From contig NW_027266286.1 in NCBI RefSeq assembly GCF_022045235.1, positions 55,242,001 through 55,306,000 of the forward strand: a DNA stretch of 64,000 nucleotides, written 5' to 3'. This document shows positions 10,001-21,569 of the stretch, piece after piece (position 1 is the stretch's first letter; each line of letters starts with the position of its first letter). The notes under the pieces are model-generated. The model was not told where the DNA came from. It did no database searches and saw only the letters and a list, made by a program, of their open reading frames with translations. The DNA is from Haliotis cracherodii. Taxonomy: Eukaryota. The position numbers and the translations under genes are program-made.

Positions 10001-13000
10001 GCAAAATTGATATACTGTGGTTGACAAAATACACTGTGTACACTATATTGTTTATTATGTGGGAATTAAATACTAAACCTAACAAGAGTCTCTCAAATGG
10101 TTTGCATGGTTGATAAACATGGTGAAGTGTTTTATGGTCTTAACAGGAGAATATTAAAATTATGAATAGACAGTTGCAGTATATATGTTTTAGCTATATT
10201 TTTCTTGAGGAGGAAATAATATTTTTCAGATCCTAATAAAATTATCTTCTTCATAATTACTTTTGCAATGTATACACCACCTTTATTCTCTATATATGTA
10301 TGTTGTAATAACAACCAGTCTCAACCTTAGACGTCACGCCGAAGACCCGGGTTCGATTCCCGACATGGGTACAATGTGTGAAGCCCATTTCTGCTGTCCC
10401 CCGCCGTGATATTGCTGGAATATTGCTAAAAGCGGCGTAAAACCAAACTCACTCACTCACTCACTCAACCTTAGATGGCATGAACTGCTACGAAATCTTG
10501 CTAGTACCAGTCTGAATTGAGAAAGAATGATTTATTTTGAGTAACCTTACCTCATTGCATCTTCACTTTTCTCTACCTTTGAACTCGTCACGACATGGCT
10601 GAAATATTGCTGATTTGACGTAAAGCATAAACTGACTCACTCACTCTACTTTTGAAAACTTTGACAGTAATGACCCAAAGACGAAATTCGAAATTCTTTC
10701 AAATGTATTTTTGGGAAACAAAACACTTCCTTTTTTTAGTAACAAACTACATTTGTACATGGATTCATAACTTGAATCTTCCAATATACCTAACTGTAAC
10801 AAGTATTTTTTTTCAGGCTGATAAAAAGTTCCCAGTACATAAATAACTCGTTTTCAAACAAACGCTTTTACCCACAGTCGCAAAAAAGAATAATCTTCAT
10901 TTGAAATTAGTCATACGACTAACCAATGAAATATGATCATGGTATCTTTGTATACTGTTATAGCGTTTCAATTACAGACATTTTACATGTTTTTGTTCAG
11001 TTACACAAAGTGGTTACACTGAAAACAAAGCTGTTGTCGGAACAAACAATGGAACTATCAATAAGATTTGAGCTAGTTGTTGTAAGTTTTATCAACTGTC
11101 AAATACGAACACTGTGTACAATGAAACTCCTTTGTTATTTTTTGTATGTAGCCTTCATGCAGAAATGTGAAAATCCTGACTACTTGTGTTACGTGTACAT
11201 TAAAGCCTGTGTACATCACGGAGTTTGACAAGCATCCAATGATGCGAATCCGCCCGATGAATTAATCTTATTCCCAAATTAACCTGATCGCCGTGATCTA
11301 ACTGAAATGTGTTCAAAGCGGCATTTAACCCACACTGATTCCCTCACGAACAGAGTGTCAAATCTCTTTTCATTACTTAAATAAAGCGACAAAACCCCTT
11401 CGATATCCAATAGAAACCTCTGCACAAAGCAGAGTCAATTTTAACGATTACAACTATATCATGAGCATCTGTTTTTCAATCACTCTATAATAGTAATGAT
11501 ACCAGGTGTTCGCGAAAAGGTGAGCGTAGTAAGGAAGTATCAATTAGTTATTCTATTATATATCATGTCTCGTGGATTGAAATTGTGGCAATGCCTGTAT
11601 ATATCCTCCAGTTACCTCCTTGGTGCAAGTCTTTCAAGTGTTGTTCTCTGAGGGTCTTCTTATGTTATCATTACTATCAACGGTTTTACGATTCGTTTCA
11701 GAAAATTCGATTTTGAGCAGCCTTCAGGGTGAGATGTTTTTCTCTGGTCAGTTATGCTCTCTCACAAAAATGTATAGTGATTTTCTTTGTGATTGGTAAG
11801 ATTGTTTTGTAAAAGGGCTAAATTAACGTCCAATTTCAAAAGGGCCAAAACACCACATTATTCAGGAAGGGACAAATCTGTGTTGGACTCAGTCATAGGT
11901 GTTTTCATATGATGCTATTATTAATAATAACAGGTGGGGGTTACGGGTAAGGATAAATGTCCCCAGCAAAATATTCCTGGCGTGAAAGATGACTAAATGG
12001 ATGGAATGGTCAAGCTCGGTGACATTGTTTATTGCATGTCATCGTTCCCAAATTGTGAGGACCAGTCCTCATGCTGTCAGATACTGAATTGTCTGGTCCA
12101 CACTTAATTCTTTACACTATAGCTGGGACATTGCTGAACATGTCGTTAAAGAACAAATAAATCATACCAAGACATATTAGATAACATATTATACATATAT
12201 TGTATTTTTGTAATTCGTCTATTCATTTAATTTGATTTTTTTTCAGACCAGAGCAAACTCAGACTTTTCGATATTGACGAGCGAGTACTTGTTAAAACTG
12301 ATGCAATCAGTCAGTTCGAAAATCACTTGTCGCATCATGGAATGATTATAATCACTGGACGATCCGGTGAAGGGAAGACAATGGCATCTCTGTTGCTGTT
12401 GAAGGTTTTTTTATCGAAACATTCCCACACACCATTGATATTGACGGACCCTCGTCAGTGGGATCTTATTCCTGCATCTCGTAAATCGAAACAGAAGTAT
12501 GTTGTACTCATTGATGACATATTTGGCCAGTCAAATCTGGTACAGGATCTTCAGACCAGGTGGGAGCAAAAGTTTCCAATGATGATGCCCCTGGTAAAAG
12601 CAAGAATTGTGTCTCTTATTATAGTTTCCAGAACAAATATCTTTCAATATAGTAAATCCAATCTCACAATGTTCGAGAACTCTTCAGCAAGAGAATTTAC
12701 CTTGGGGTTTTCGAAAGAAGAGAAGCTTCTTGTTTTAGAAAATCATATCAAAACCTTTGCAAAAGACCTGAAGCTTACTGCAGAACAGAAGATTCGGATC
12801 ATACAAACAGACCAACTGTTAGGATTTCCACAATGTTGCTATCTGTACGCCACCAGCAAACCGAAACATTCTGAAAGTGTTGCTTTCTTTACTGAACCAA
12901 TGAGGTACTTGGCAGACTCTATAAAGAACATGCGTGACAAAGACCCTCTGTCATACCTAGTGTTATTACTCGTGATGTTTCATGACGGGGTATTGCCAAA

Positions 13001-16000
13001 AAAAGTTTTTCAACCTTTTGAAGGGGAACCTGTAGATATACCCTTTCTAGATAATATTGTTCAAATATGCTCAGTGAAACAAAAACCAACCCTTTGCATC
13101 ATGAAAGACGTAGCAGACAGTTTGTTGACAGTATACCTATCCTTGAATGAAAGTAACTATACATTCCTACATCGCTGCATTTATGATGTCATATTCCTTG
13201 AATTTTGCAAAGGCAGTTTGTCAAAGGGAATTCAAATGTGTGCCATAAGTACTCTGCTTGAATATGTCAGAACAAAACCTGCAGCTGACAAAAGGTATGG
13301 TAGTGATTGGATTGTAATAGTTTCAGAAGATATGTTTGGTATTCTTGCTGAGAGGATTACAAAAGAACTTTTGTCTGACAACTGTCAGTTGGTAACTGCT
13401 CATCCATGTTTGAAGGATACGGACTTCATTTCCTTTCTGACAAAATCCTGGGATGTGAAAAAAAAAGCACAAATAGCAACACACCCAGTAGAGAAACAGG
13501 TAGTCAGTGCAACCATATACTTCACGGAAGAAGCAGTGGACGTCCTGACCAACATATTCACCCAGGACACCCAGGAGGCCTTACCATTGCAGCAAACCAC
13601 TTTGAAGTTATTTGAATATGAATCCATCACTTCATATCTCACTATGGCTGGAGCATATAATTTGGCACTTCATTTGCTCAATTCACAAAAGGCAACGGAC
13701 GCTGACCATTATGAAAAGACAAGAAATAGTATGTTTGTCTGTTCATTTTATAAATCAAACTCTGAAAAGGTGGCACTTCTATTTGAACAAGATGCTGAGC
13801 TAACAACAGAATGCGTTATAGCGGCATGTGCAGCTGAGAAAGCACATGAAGTACTCTTTGATATGGCTCTTGGTTGCATGGAGGAAACTGATTCAGACAT
13901 GGACACCCTGCAAAATATGTTATCACTGTGCATAGAACGCCAACAATTCCACTTTTTCAAGGGATTAATCAGTATGATATTGGAACCAAAAAGAATGCAA
14001 CGGACATTTAGACAAATACTGTTGCAATTTCATAATGCAATTCCTACATTTCTTCTAACAACAAATGGACAAGAAGAACAGTTCAATTTAAAGGATATAT
14101 TGACAGTGCTGAATGATGTGGAAATGGGAAATGTTACCGATGACTGTGTTCTCCTATCTGCAGGATGTAATGATACCTTAGCTTTGAAGGCTGCTATTCA
14201 CCATGGAGGTAACGCCCACTGCACAAATAAATGTCAGCAGACACCTGTTCATCTTGCAGCAAAGTATGGATCTGAGCAAACTTTGGATTTCCTTTATGGG
14301 CTTTGTGGAAATGCCTCTCCTGGAGATATATATGGCTTTACACCTCTGCATTATGCGGCACTATCCTCGTTTCATAGTTCCGAAAAAGTGTTCACTGCAC
14401 TGAAGTGGAAGTCAAAGATAACTGACAAAACGCTAACTGGAAAGACAGCCCTGACACTGGCTGTAGAAGAAGAAAATATTGGCTCTATAGACAGGTTAAT
14501 ACTGTCAATCAAAGAACAGGGTTTACATTGCGAATATCCCATGCACGTTGCCGTGTCTGCTCTGATCTGTACACTACAAAGATGTCATACCACCAGAGAT
14601 GTTGCCTTAGTGCAACGCAACAAAGCTAAGATGATAGCAGTGTTGCAGCACCATGGATATTCGTTACTGGATGTAAATAATAAAAACACAACCTCTCTAC
14701 AAATGATTGTGAAATCAGGCACCGTACATTTATTGACATATTTACTAAAATTTTCCAATGTAAACAAATGTGTTATTCGAGATACGGAAGTACATGTTAC
14801 CATTGACAGTTTGAAGTCCCTTATTTACTGTGCTGCTGAACATGGTCATCTGAACGTTTTCACATATTTCTTTGAAAACATGTCATTCCAAACTGATAAC
14901 CACGTAGAGGACTATGTGAAGTCCGCTCTGTGTAATGCAGCTGAGAAAGGTCACCTCAACATTGTCCAGTTCTTTGTGGAGAAGGGTGAGGATATGAATA
15001 TAAAATATGAAAGGGGTGTGTCGCCTCTGTGCATTGCAGCTAAAAATGGTCATTTGAAGATTGTCAGATATTTTTATCTTAAAGGTGCTGATATGAGTAT
15101 TACGCCAACATATTGGGATCCACTTCTGATCAGTGCAGCTAACAATGGCTACACTGAGATTGTTAAGTGTTTGGTAGAGGAAGATGCTGATGTGGATGTG
15201 ACAGATGAAAATAGACACTCACCCCTGTGCTGTGCTGCTCGAAATGGCCACACTGACATTGTCCAGTACTTGTCAGAGACAGGTGCTGATGTGACTATTA
15301 CAGATGAATATGGGAACTCACATACCTGCATTACAGCTGAAAATAGAGAGAATAAAAGTGAGAAGTCTTTGGGAGAGGAAGATGTTGATGTGAATATCAT
15401 AGATACATATGGGATCGAACCCCTCTGGTGTGCGTTTGGAAATGGTCACATTGGAATTGTTCGATACTTGGTAGAGCATGGTGCCAGTGTGCATAATGCA
15501 GATGCATATGGGAACCCATTCCTGTGTAAGGCAGTTGACAGTGGAAACACTGAGATCGTCAGACTCCTTGTGGATAAAGGTGTTGATGTAAACACACCAG
15601 ATACATTCTGGACATCAGTTTTGCGGAGGGCAGCTGAATGTGGTAACACAGAGATGGTCAGAATCCTTGTGGAGAAAGGTGTTGACGTAAACATAACAGA
15701 CACATGCTGGACATCACTTCTGCAGATTGCAGCTGAACGTGGTGACACTGAGATGGTCAGGGTCCTTGTGGAAAAAGCTGTTGATGTAAATATACCAGAT
15801 ACATTCTGGACATCATTTTTGCAGAGGGAAGCTGAAGGTGGTAACACTGAGATGATCAGACTCCTTGTGGAGAAAGGTGTTGATGTAAACACACCAGATA
15901 CATTCTGGACATCAGTCTTGCGGAAGGCAGCTGAGCTCGTCAGACTCCTTGTTGGGAAAGGTGTTGATGTAAACACGACAGATACATTCTGGACATCAGT

Positions 16001-19000
16001 TTTGTGGAGGGCAGCTGAACGTGGTAACACTGAGATGGTCAGACTCCTTGTGGAGAAAGGTGTTGATGTAAACACGACAGATACATTCTGGACATCAGTT
16101 TTGCAGAGGGAAGCTGAAGGTGGTAACACTGAGATGGTCAGACTCTTGGTGGACAAAGGAGTTGATGTAAATATACCAGATACATTCTGGACATCAGTCT
16201 TGCGGAGGGCAACTGAGATCGTCAGACTCCTTGTGGGGAAAGGTGTTGATGTAAACACGACAGATACATTCTGGACATCAGTTTTGGAGAGGGCAGCTGA
16301 ACGTGGTAACACAGAGATGGTCAGACTCCTTGTGGAGAAAGGTGTTGATATAAATATACCAGATACATTCTGGACATCAGTTCTGCAGAGGGCAGCTGAA
16401 CGTGGTAACACCGAGATGGTCAGACTCCTTGTGGAGAAAGGTGTTGATGTAAACACACCAGATACATTCTGGACATCTGTTTTGGAGGTGAACGCTGAAC
16501 TTGGTAACACTGAGATGGTCAGGCTCCTTGAGGAGAAAAGTGTTGATGTAAATATACCAGATACATTCTGGACATCATGTTTGCAGAGGGCAGCTGAACG
16601 TGGTAACACAGAGATGGTCAGACTCCTTGTGGAGAAAGGTGTTGATGTAAATATACCAGATACATTCTGGACATCAATTTTGTGGAGGGCAGCTGAATGT
16701 GGTAACACAGAGATGGTCAGGCTCCTTGTAGAGAAAGGTGTTGATGTAAATATACCAGATACATTTTGGATATCAATTTTGTGGAGGGCAGCTGAACGTG
16801 GTAACACAGAGATGGTCAGGCTCCTTGTGGAGAAAGGTGTTGATGTAAATATACCAGATACATTTTGGACATCAATTTTGTGGAGGGCAGCTGAACGTGG
16901 TAACACAGAGATGGTCATGCTCCTTGTGGAGAAAGGTATTGATGTAAATATACCAGATACATTTTGGACATCAATTTGGTGGAGGGCAGCTGAACGTGGT
17001 AACACAGAGATGGTCAGGCTCCTTGTGGAGAAAGGTGTTGATGTAAACATAACAGATACATTCTGGACATCATTTTTGCGGAGGGCAGCTAAACGTGGTG
17101 ACACTGAGATGGTCAGAATCCTTGTGGAGAAAGGTGTTGATGTAAATATAGATACATCCTTGACATCAGTTTTGTGGAGGGAAGCTGAACGTGGTAACAC
17201 TGAGGTCGTCAGACTCCTTCTGGAGAATGGTATTGATGTAAACACACCAGATACATTGTGGACATCACTTCTGCAGAGGGCAGCTGAACATGGTGACACA
17301 GAGATGGTCAGACTCCTTGTGGAGAAAGATGTTGATGTAACTATACCAGATACATTCTGGATATCAGTTCTGCAGAGGGCAGCTGAACGTGGTAACACTG
17401 AGATGGTCAGACTCCTTGTGGAGAAAGATGTTGATGGGAATTTACCAGATATATTCTGGACATCATTTTTGCAGAGGGTAGCTGAACGTGGTAACACTGA
17501 GATGGTCAGACTCCTTGTGGAGAAACGTGTTGATGTAAATATACCAGATACATTCTGGACATCAGTTTTGGAGGTTGAAGCTGAAGATGGTAACACTGAG
17601 ATGGTCAGACTCCTTGTGGAGAAAGGTGTTGATGTAAATATACCAGATACATTCTGGACATCAGTTCTGCAGAGGGCAACCGAACGTGCTAACACCGAGA
17701 TGGTCAGACTCCTTGTGGAGAAAGGTGTTGATGTAAATATACCAGATACATTCTGGACATCAGTTCTGCAGAGGGCAACCGAACGTGCTAACACCGAGAT
17801 GGTCAGACTCCTTGTGGAGAAAGGTGATGATGTAAATATACCAGATACATTCTGGACATCAGTTCTGCAGAGGGCAGCTGAACGTGGTAACACAGAGATG
17901 GTCAGACTCCTTGTGGAGAAAGGTGTTGATGTCAACACACCAGATACATTCTGGACATCTGTTTTGGAGGTGAACGCTGAACTTGGTAACTCTGAAATAG
18001 TCAGGTTCCTTGTGGAGAAAGGTGTTGATGTAAATATACCATATACATTCTGGACATCATGTTTGCAGAGGGCAGCTGAACGTGGTAATGCAGAGATGGT
18101 CAGACTCCTTGTAGAGAAAGGTGTTGGTGTAAATATACCATATACATTCTGGACATCATGTTTGCAGAGGGCAGCGGAACGTGGTAATGCAGAGATGTTC
18201 AGACTCCTTGCGGAGTATGGTGTTGATGTAAATATACCAGATATATTCTGGACATCAATTTGGTGGAGGGCAGCTGAACGTGGTAACACTGAGATGGTCA
18301 GGCTCCTTGTGGAGAAAGGTGTTGATGTAAATATACCAGATACATTTTGGACATCAATTTTGTGGAGGGCAGCTGAACGTGGTAACACAGAGATGTTCAG
18401 GCTCTTTGTGGAGAAAGGTGTTGATGTAAACATAACAGATACATTCTGGACATCATTTTTGCGGAGGGCAGCTAAACGTGGTGACACTGAGATGGTCAGA
18501 ATCCTTGTGGAGAAAGGTGTTGATGTAAATATAGATACATCCTTGACATCAGTTTTGTGGAGGGAAGCTGAACGTGGTAACACTGAGGTCGTCAGACTCC
18601 TTCTGGAGAATGGTATTGATGTAAACACACCAGATACATTGTGGACATCACTTCTGCAGAGGGCAGCTGAACGTGGTGACACAGAGATGGTCAGACTCCT
18701 TGTGGAGAAAGATGTTGATGTAAATATACCAGATACATTCTGGACATCAGTTCTGCAGAGGGCAGCTGAACGTGGTATCACAGAGATGGTCAGACTCCTT
18801 GTGGAGAAAGGTGTTGATGTAAATATACCAGATACATTCTGGACATCAGTTTTGGAGGTTGAAGCTGAAGATGGTAACACTGAGATGGTCAGACTCCTTG
18901 TGGAGAAAGGTGTTGATGTAAATATAACAGATACATTCTGGACATCATGTTTGCAGAGGGCAGCTAAATGTGGTAACACAGAGATGGTCAGACTCCTTGT

Positions 19001-20603
19001 AGAGAAAGGTGTTGATGTAAACATAACAGATACATTCTGGACATCATGTTTGGAGGTTGAAGCTGAAGATGGTAACACTGAGATGGTCAGACTCCTTGTG
19101 GAGAAAGGTGTTGATGTAAACATAACAGATACATTCTGGACATCATGTTTGCAGAGGGCAGCTGAATGTGGTAACACAGAGATGGTCAGACTCCTTGTAG
19201 AGAAAGGTGTTGATGTAAACATAACAGATACATTCTGGACATCATGTTTGCAGAGTGCAGCTGAATGTGGTAACACTGAGATGGTCAGACTCCTTGTGGA
19301 GAAAGGTGTTGATGTAAATATAACAGATACATTCTGGACATCATGTTTGCACAGGGCAGCTAAATGTGGTAACACAGAGATGGTCAGACTCCTTGTGGAG
19401 AAAGGTGTTGATGTAAACATAACAGATACATTCTGGACATCATGTTTGCAGAGTGCAGCTGAACGTGGTAACACTGATATGGTCAGGCTCCTTGTGGAGA
19501 AATGTGTTGATGTGAATACACCAGAAACATTCTGGACATCTGTTTTGGAGGTTGAAGCTGAACGTGGTAACACAGAGATGGTCAGACTCTTTGTGGAGAA
19601 AGGTGTTGATGTTAACATAACAGATTCCTTCTGGACATCAGTTCTGCAGAGGGCAGATGAACGTGGTGACACAGAGATGGTCAGACTCCTTGTGGAGAAA
19701 GGTGTTGATGTAAACACACCAGATACATTCTGGACATTAGCTTTGCGGAGGGCAGCCGAATGCTGTAACACTGAGATGGTCAGACTCCTTGTGGAGAAAG
19801 GTGTTGATTTAAATATACCAGATACATTCTGGACATCAGTTCTGCAGAGGGCAGATGCACGTAGTAACACTGAGATGGTCAGACTCCTTGTGGAGAAAGG
19901 TGTTGATGTAAACATAACAGACACATTCTGGACATCAGCTCTGCAGAGGGCAGCTGAATGTGGTAACACTGAGATGGTCAGACTCCTTGTGGAGAAAGGT
20001 GTTGATGTAAACATAACAGATACATTCTGGACATCATCTTTGCAGAGGGCAGCTGAATGTGGTAACACTGAGATGGTCAGACTCCTTGTGGAGAAAGGTG
20101 TTGATGTAAATACAGGTATACATGGGCACACACCTCTTTGCAGTGCATCCGTTAATGGACACATTGATATTGTCCGTTTTCTTGTTGAGATTCGGTATGC
20201 CCTTGTCCTTCTGCGCACTGCAGCAGAAAATGACAACATTGAGATAGTCAAGTATCTTTTAGACAATGGGGTTTATCTTTACATAATGAAAACATATGGT
20301 AATTTCCCTCTTTGCACAGAAGTTGCAAATCTACACCTTCAGATTCTTCAGTATCTCGCTAAAAGATGTGTTAATGTGAATATGAAAGATAGTTGCTGGA
20401 ATATACTTGTGTGCACTGTAGTTGCCAATGGACACTCTGAGGTTTTCAAGTATGTTGTTGAGAGTGGTGCTGATGTTAATATGACAGATAGCCATGGCAA
20501 ATCACTAATGTGCATTGCAGCTGAAAAAGGTCATATTGAGATTGTCAAGTATCTTCATCAAAAAGGTGTTCCTGTGAATATCACAAAGGACAATTTCAGA
20601 TAA
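3767..20603 (+). CDS. NLR-like nSTAND3 NTPase-ankyrin repeat protein (gene A). Spliced model: 3767-4094, 4629-4790, 5902-5928, 9832-9927, 11702-11728, 12247-20603
   Basis: The terminal exon follows tttcag| at 12246 and is in frame with the 2758-aa ORF. Walker A GRSGEGKT (12357-12380), Walker B VVLIDDIFG, and IIVSR, GFPQCC, FFTEP and YTFLH motifs are typical of nSTAND3, followed by >55 ankyrin repeats. All upstream exons have AG/GT ends and phase-1 junctions and splice without stops. The terminal exon is near certain; the 5' exon chain is inferred. Confidence 0.85.
4629..4790 (+). CDS. Gene A putative 162-nt exon (KEDCGVQIPEDTVFYTRGRNSHNVFNLSGNTGCVHVTFKENKEQQKKFEIIIHV)
   Basis: Polypyrimidine tract with caag| acceptor, open frame in phase 1-1, weaker donor g|gtattt. 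Confidence 0.5.
5902..5928 (+). CDS. Gene A 27-nt microexon (GDTSVLDS)
   Basis: ttattcag|...cag|gtgagt, phase 1-1, frame-preserving. Confidence 0.6.
5953..7472 (+). mobile_element. DINE-1/HINE-like non-autonomous Helentron-type element with an internal 171-bp tandem array
   Basis: Subterminal inverted repeat atcccccgcca (5958) / tggcgggggat (7441), (GTCC)n microsatellite at 6000-6053, ~5.5 repeats of 171 bp (6060-6972). The element is absent from the duplicate copy of its flanks near 11920. Confidence 0.75.
7700..9748 (+). mobile_element. Decayed CR1/L2-group LINE, 3' part
   Basis: RT remnants (LLFADN at ~8187, KYLGI at ~8399, KFCKLILNIS...ILGECRRFPL) and an aataaa(ctgt)n tail at 9728-9748. 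Confidence 0.8.
8428..8665 (+). mobile_element. SINE family 2 (long central domain) inserted in the LINE
   Basis: cgggtggtcaggctcgctgacttggttg core, (AAAC)n tail, flanked by the direct repeat ttttcatgcaga (~8417 and ~8667). Confidence 0.85.
9832..9927 (+). CDS. Gene A 96-nt exon with RHIM/amyloid-like motif (STSVGVIGPFNSIVDRNITMGINYGSVVQSG)
   Basis: tttacag|...ggcg|gtaagt, phase 1-1. A paralogous exon with the same donor lies at 58516-58602 (-). Confidence 0.75.
10330..10466 (+). mobile_element. 5'-truncated SINE family 1
   Basis: Family-1 body with (ACTC)n tail, flanked by ctcaaccttaga repeats. Absent from the paralogous gene B intron near 58125. Confidence 0.9.
11702..11728 (+). CDS. Gene A 27-nt microexon (ENSILSSLQ)
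   Basis: tttcag|...cagg|gtgaga, phase 1-1. Length and both splice sites are conserved in the paralog at 51424-51450 (-). Confidence 0.75.
11866..11892 (+). pseudogene. Degenerate duplicate of the 5902-5928 microexon
   Basis: ttattcag|gaagggacaaatctgtgttggactca... matches 5894-5928, but the gtgag donor is replaced (cagtcatagg). Confidence 0.6.
15581..20115 (+). repeat. Coding tandem array of ~46 ankyrin units of 99 bp (VDVNIPDTFWTSVLQRAAERGNTEMVRLLVEKG)
   Basis: 99-bp period is directly visible. Two units lack 5 aa and two lack 1 aa. Confidence 0.97.
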
Positions 20604-21019
20604 CTTGGCCACGTCTACATTGTCAGTTATCTGACTGAAAAACAGACAAGTCACATCGGACACCAAAAACAGTTATATCTTTGAAATAGAATCGAAGGTG
20701 GTGTGAAAATGCAAAGAACATCGGTCAAAATATTTTGATGAAACTATATACCCAGGACAGAGCAATGTAAACATTTAACATCACATCAGCATTATTTCAG
20801 CCATATGGCGACAACACATGGGATCCAAAGGCACTTTCAAACAGTCAGTAGCGAGTGTGCCCACCTTGTGTTTGTTTCAGGCCCTCATTGGGGCAGTACA
20901 CGTTAAAGATGTTGAAGGCCTGGAAAATGGCATTCCATATCTGAGGAAGGATAAGCTACAGTTTCGGCAACGTTATTGTCATCCCAGACATGATCAAAAG
21001 CTCCGATTGTACTTAAACC

Positions 21020-21292
21020 TGCGACCCGTGAAGATCCGAGGTAAGATAGGTCTTCAGCAACCCATGCTTGCCGTTAAAGGCGACTATGCTTGCCGTAAGA
21101 GGCATATAACGGGATCGGGTGGTCAGACTCGCTGACTTGGTTGATACACGTCATCGTATCCAAATTGCGTGGATCGATGCTCAGTCATGTCAATCACTGG
21201 ATTGTTTTAGCCAGACTCGATTATTTACAGACCGCCGCCATATAGCTGGAATATTGCTGAGTGCAGCGTTAAACAACAAACAAGCAAGCAAG
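21020..21292 (+). mobile_element. SINE family 2
   Basis: Same core as 8428-8665. Further decayed copies lie near 7480-7670, 11930-12150, 29215-29420 (-), 35330-35480 and 37990-38090 (-). Confidence 0.9.
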
Positions 21293-21569
21293 TACTTAAT
21301 ACTGCCATAAAATATACTTTTTAGGTACGTCATAATGATCTGACGTAATGGTGCTGTTCAAATTATCATCATTTCTGCACTAAACACACCTTAGAGTGGT
21401 TTTCGTTAATAAACACATCCTCTGAATATAACCCTTTATATCCCTAATTAGGTAATTATAGTAAGAGAATATCTTTGTTGCAAATACATTATTATTATTG
21501 CCACATTTATTGCACCTGATAATATCTTTATGTGTCATTCATTACTTTAATTTCCTCTTATGCTGTATG

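Noticed and set aside
10817-10846. Additional gene A exon after a strong tttttttcag acceptor
   Set aside because: In phase 1 it reads an immediate TGA, there is no good donor, and the segment is missing in gene B.
15446-20266. 1606-aa antisense ORF
   Set aside because: Mirror of the ankyrin array: one 99-bp unit without an antisense stop, repeated ~46 times, gives a long ORF automatically. It ends close to the array edges and resembles no domain.
12327-20603. Bacterial Avs/STAND antiphage gene or horizontal transfer
   Set aside because: The ORF is entered through a spliceosomal acceptor and embedded among animal SINEs and LINEs, with no operon context. The listed start is an internal TTG.
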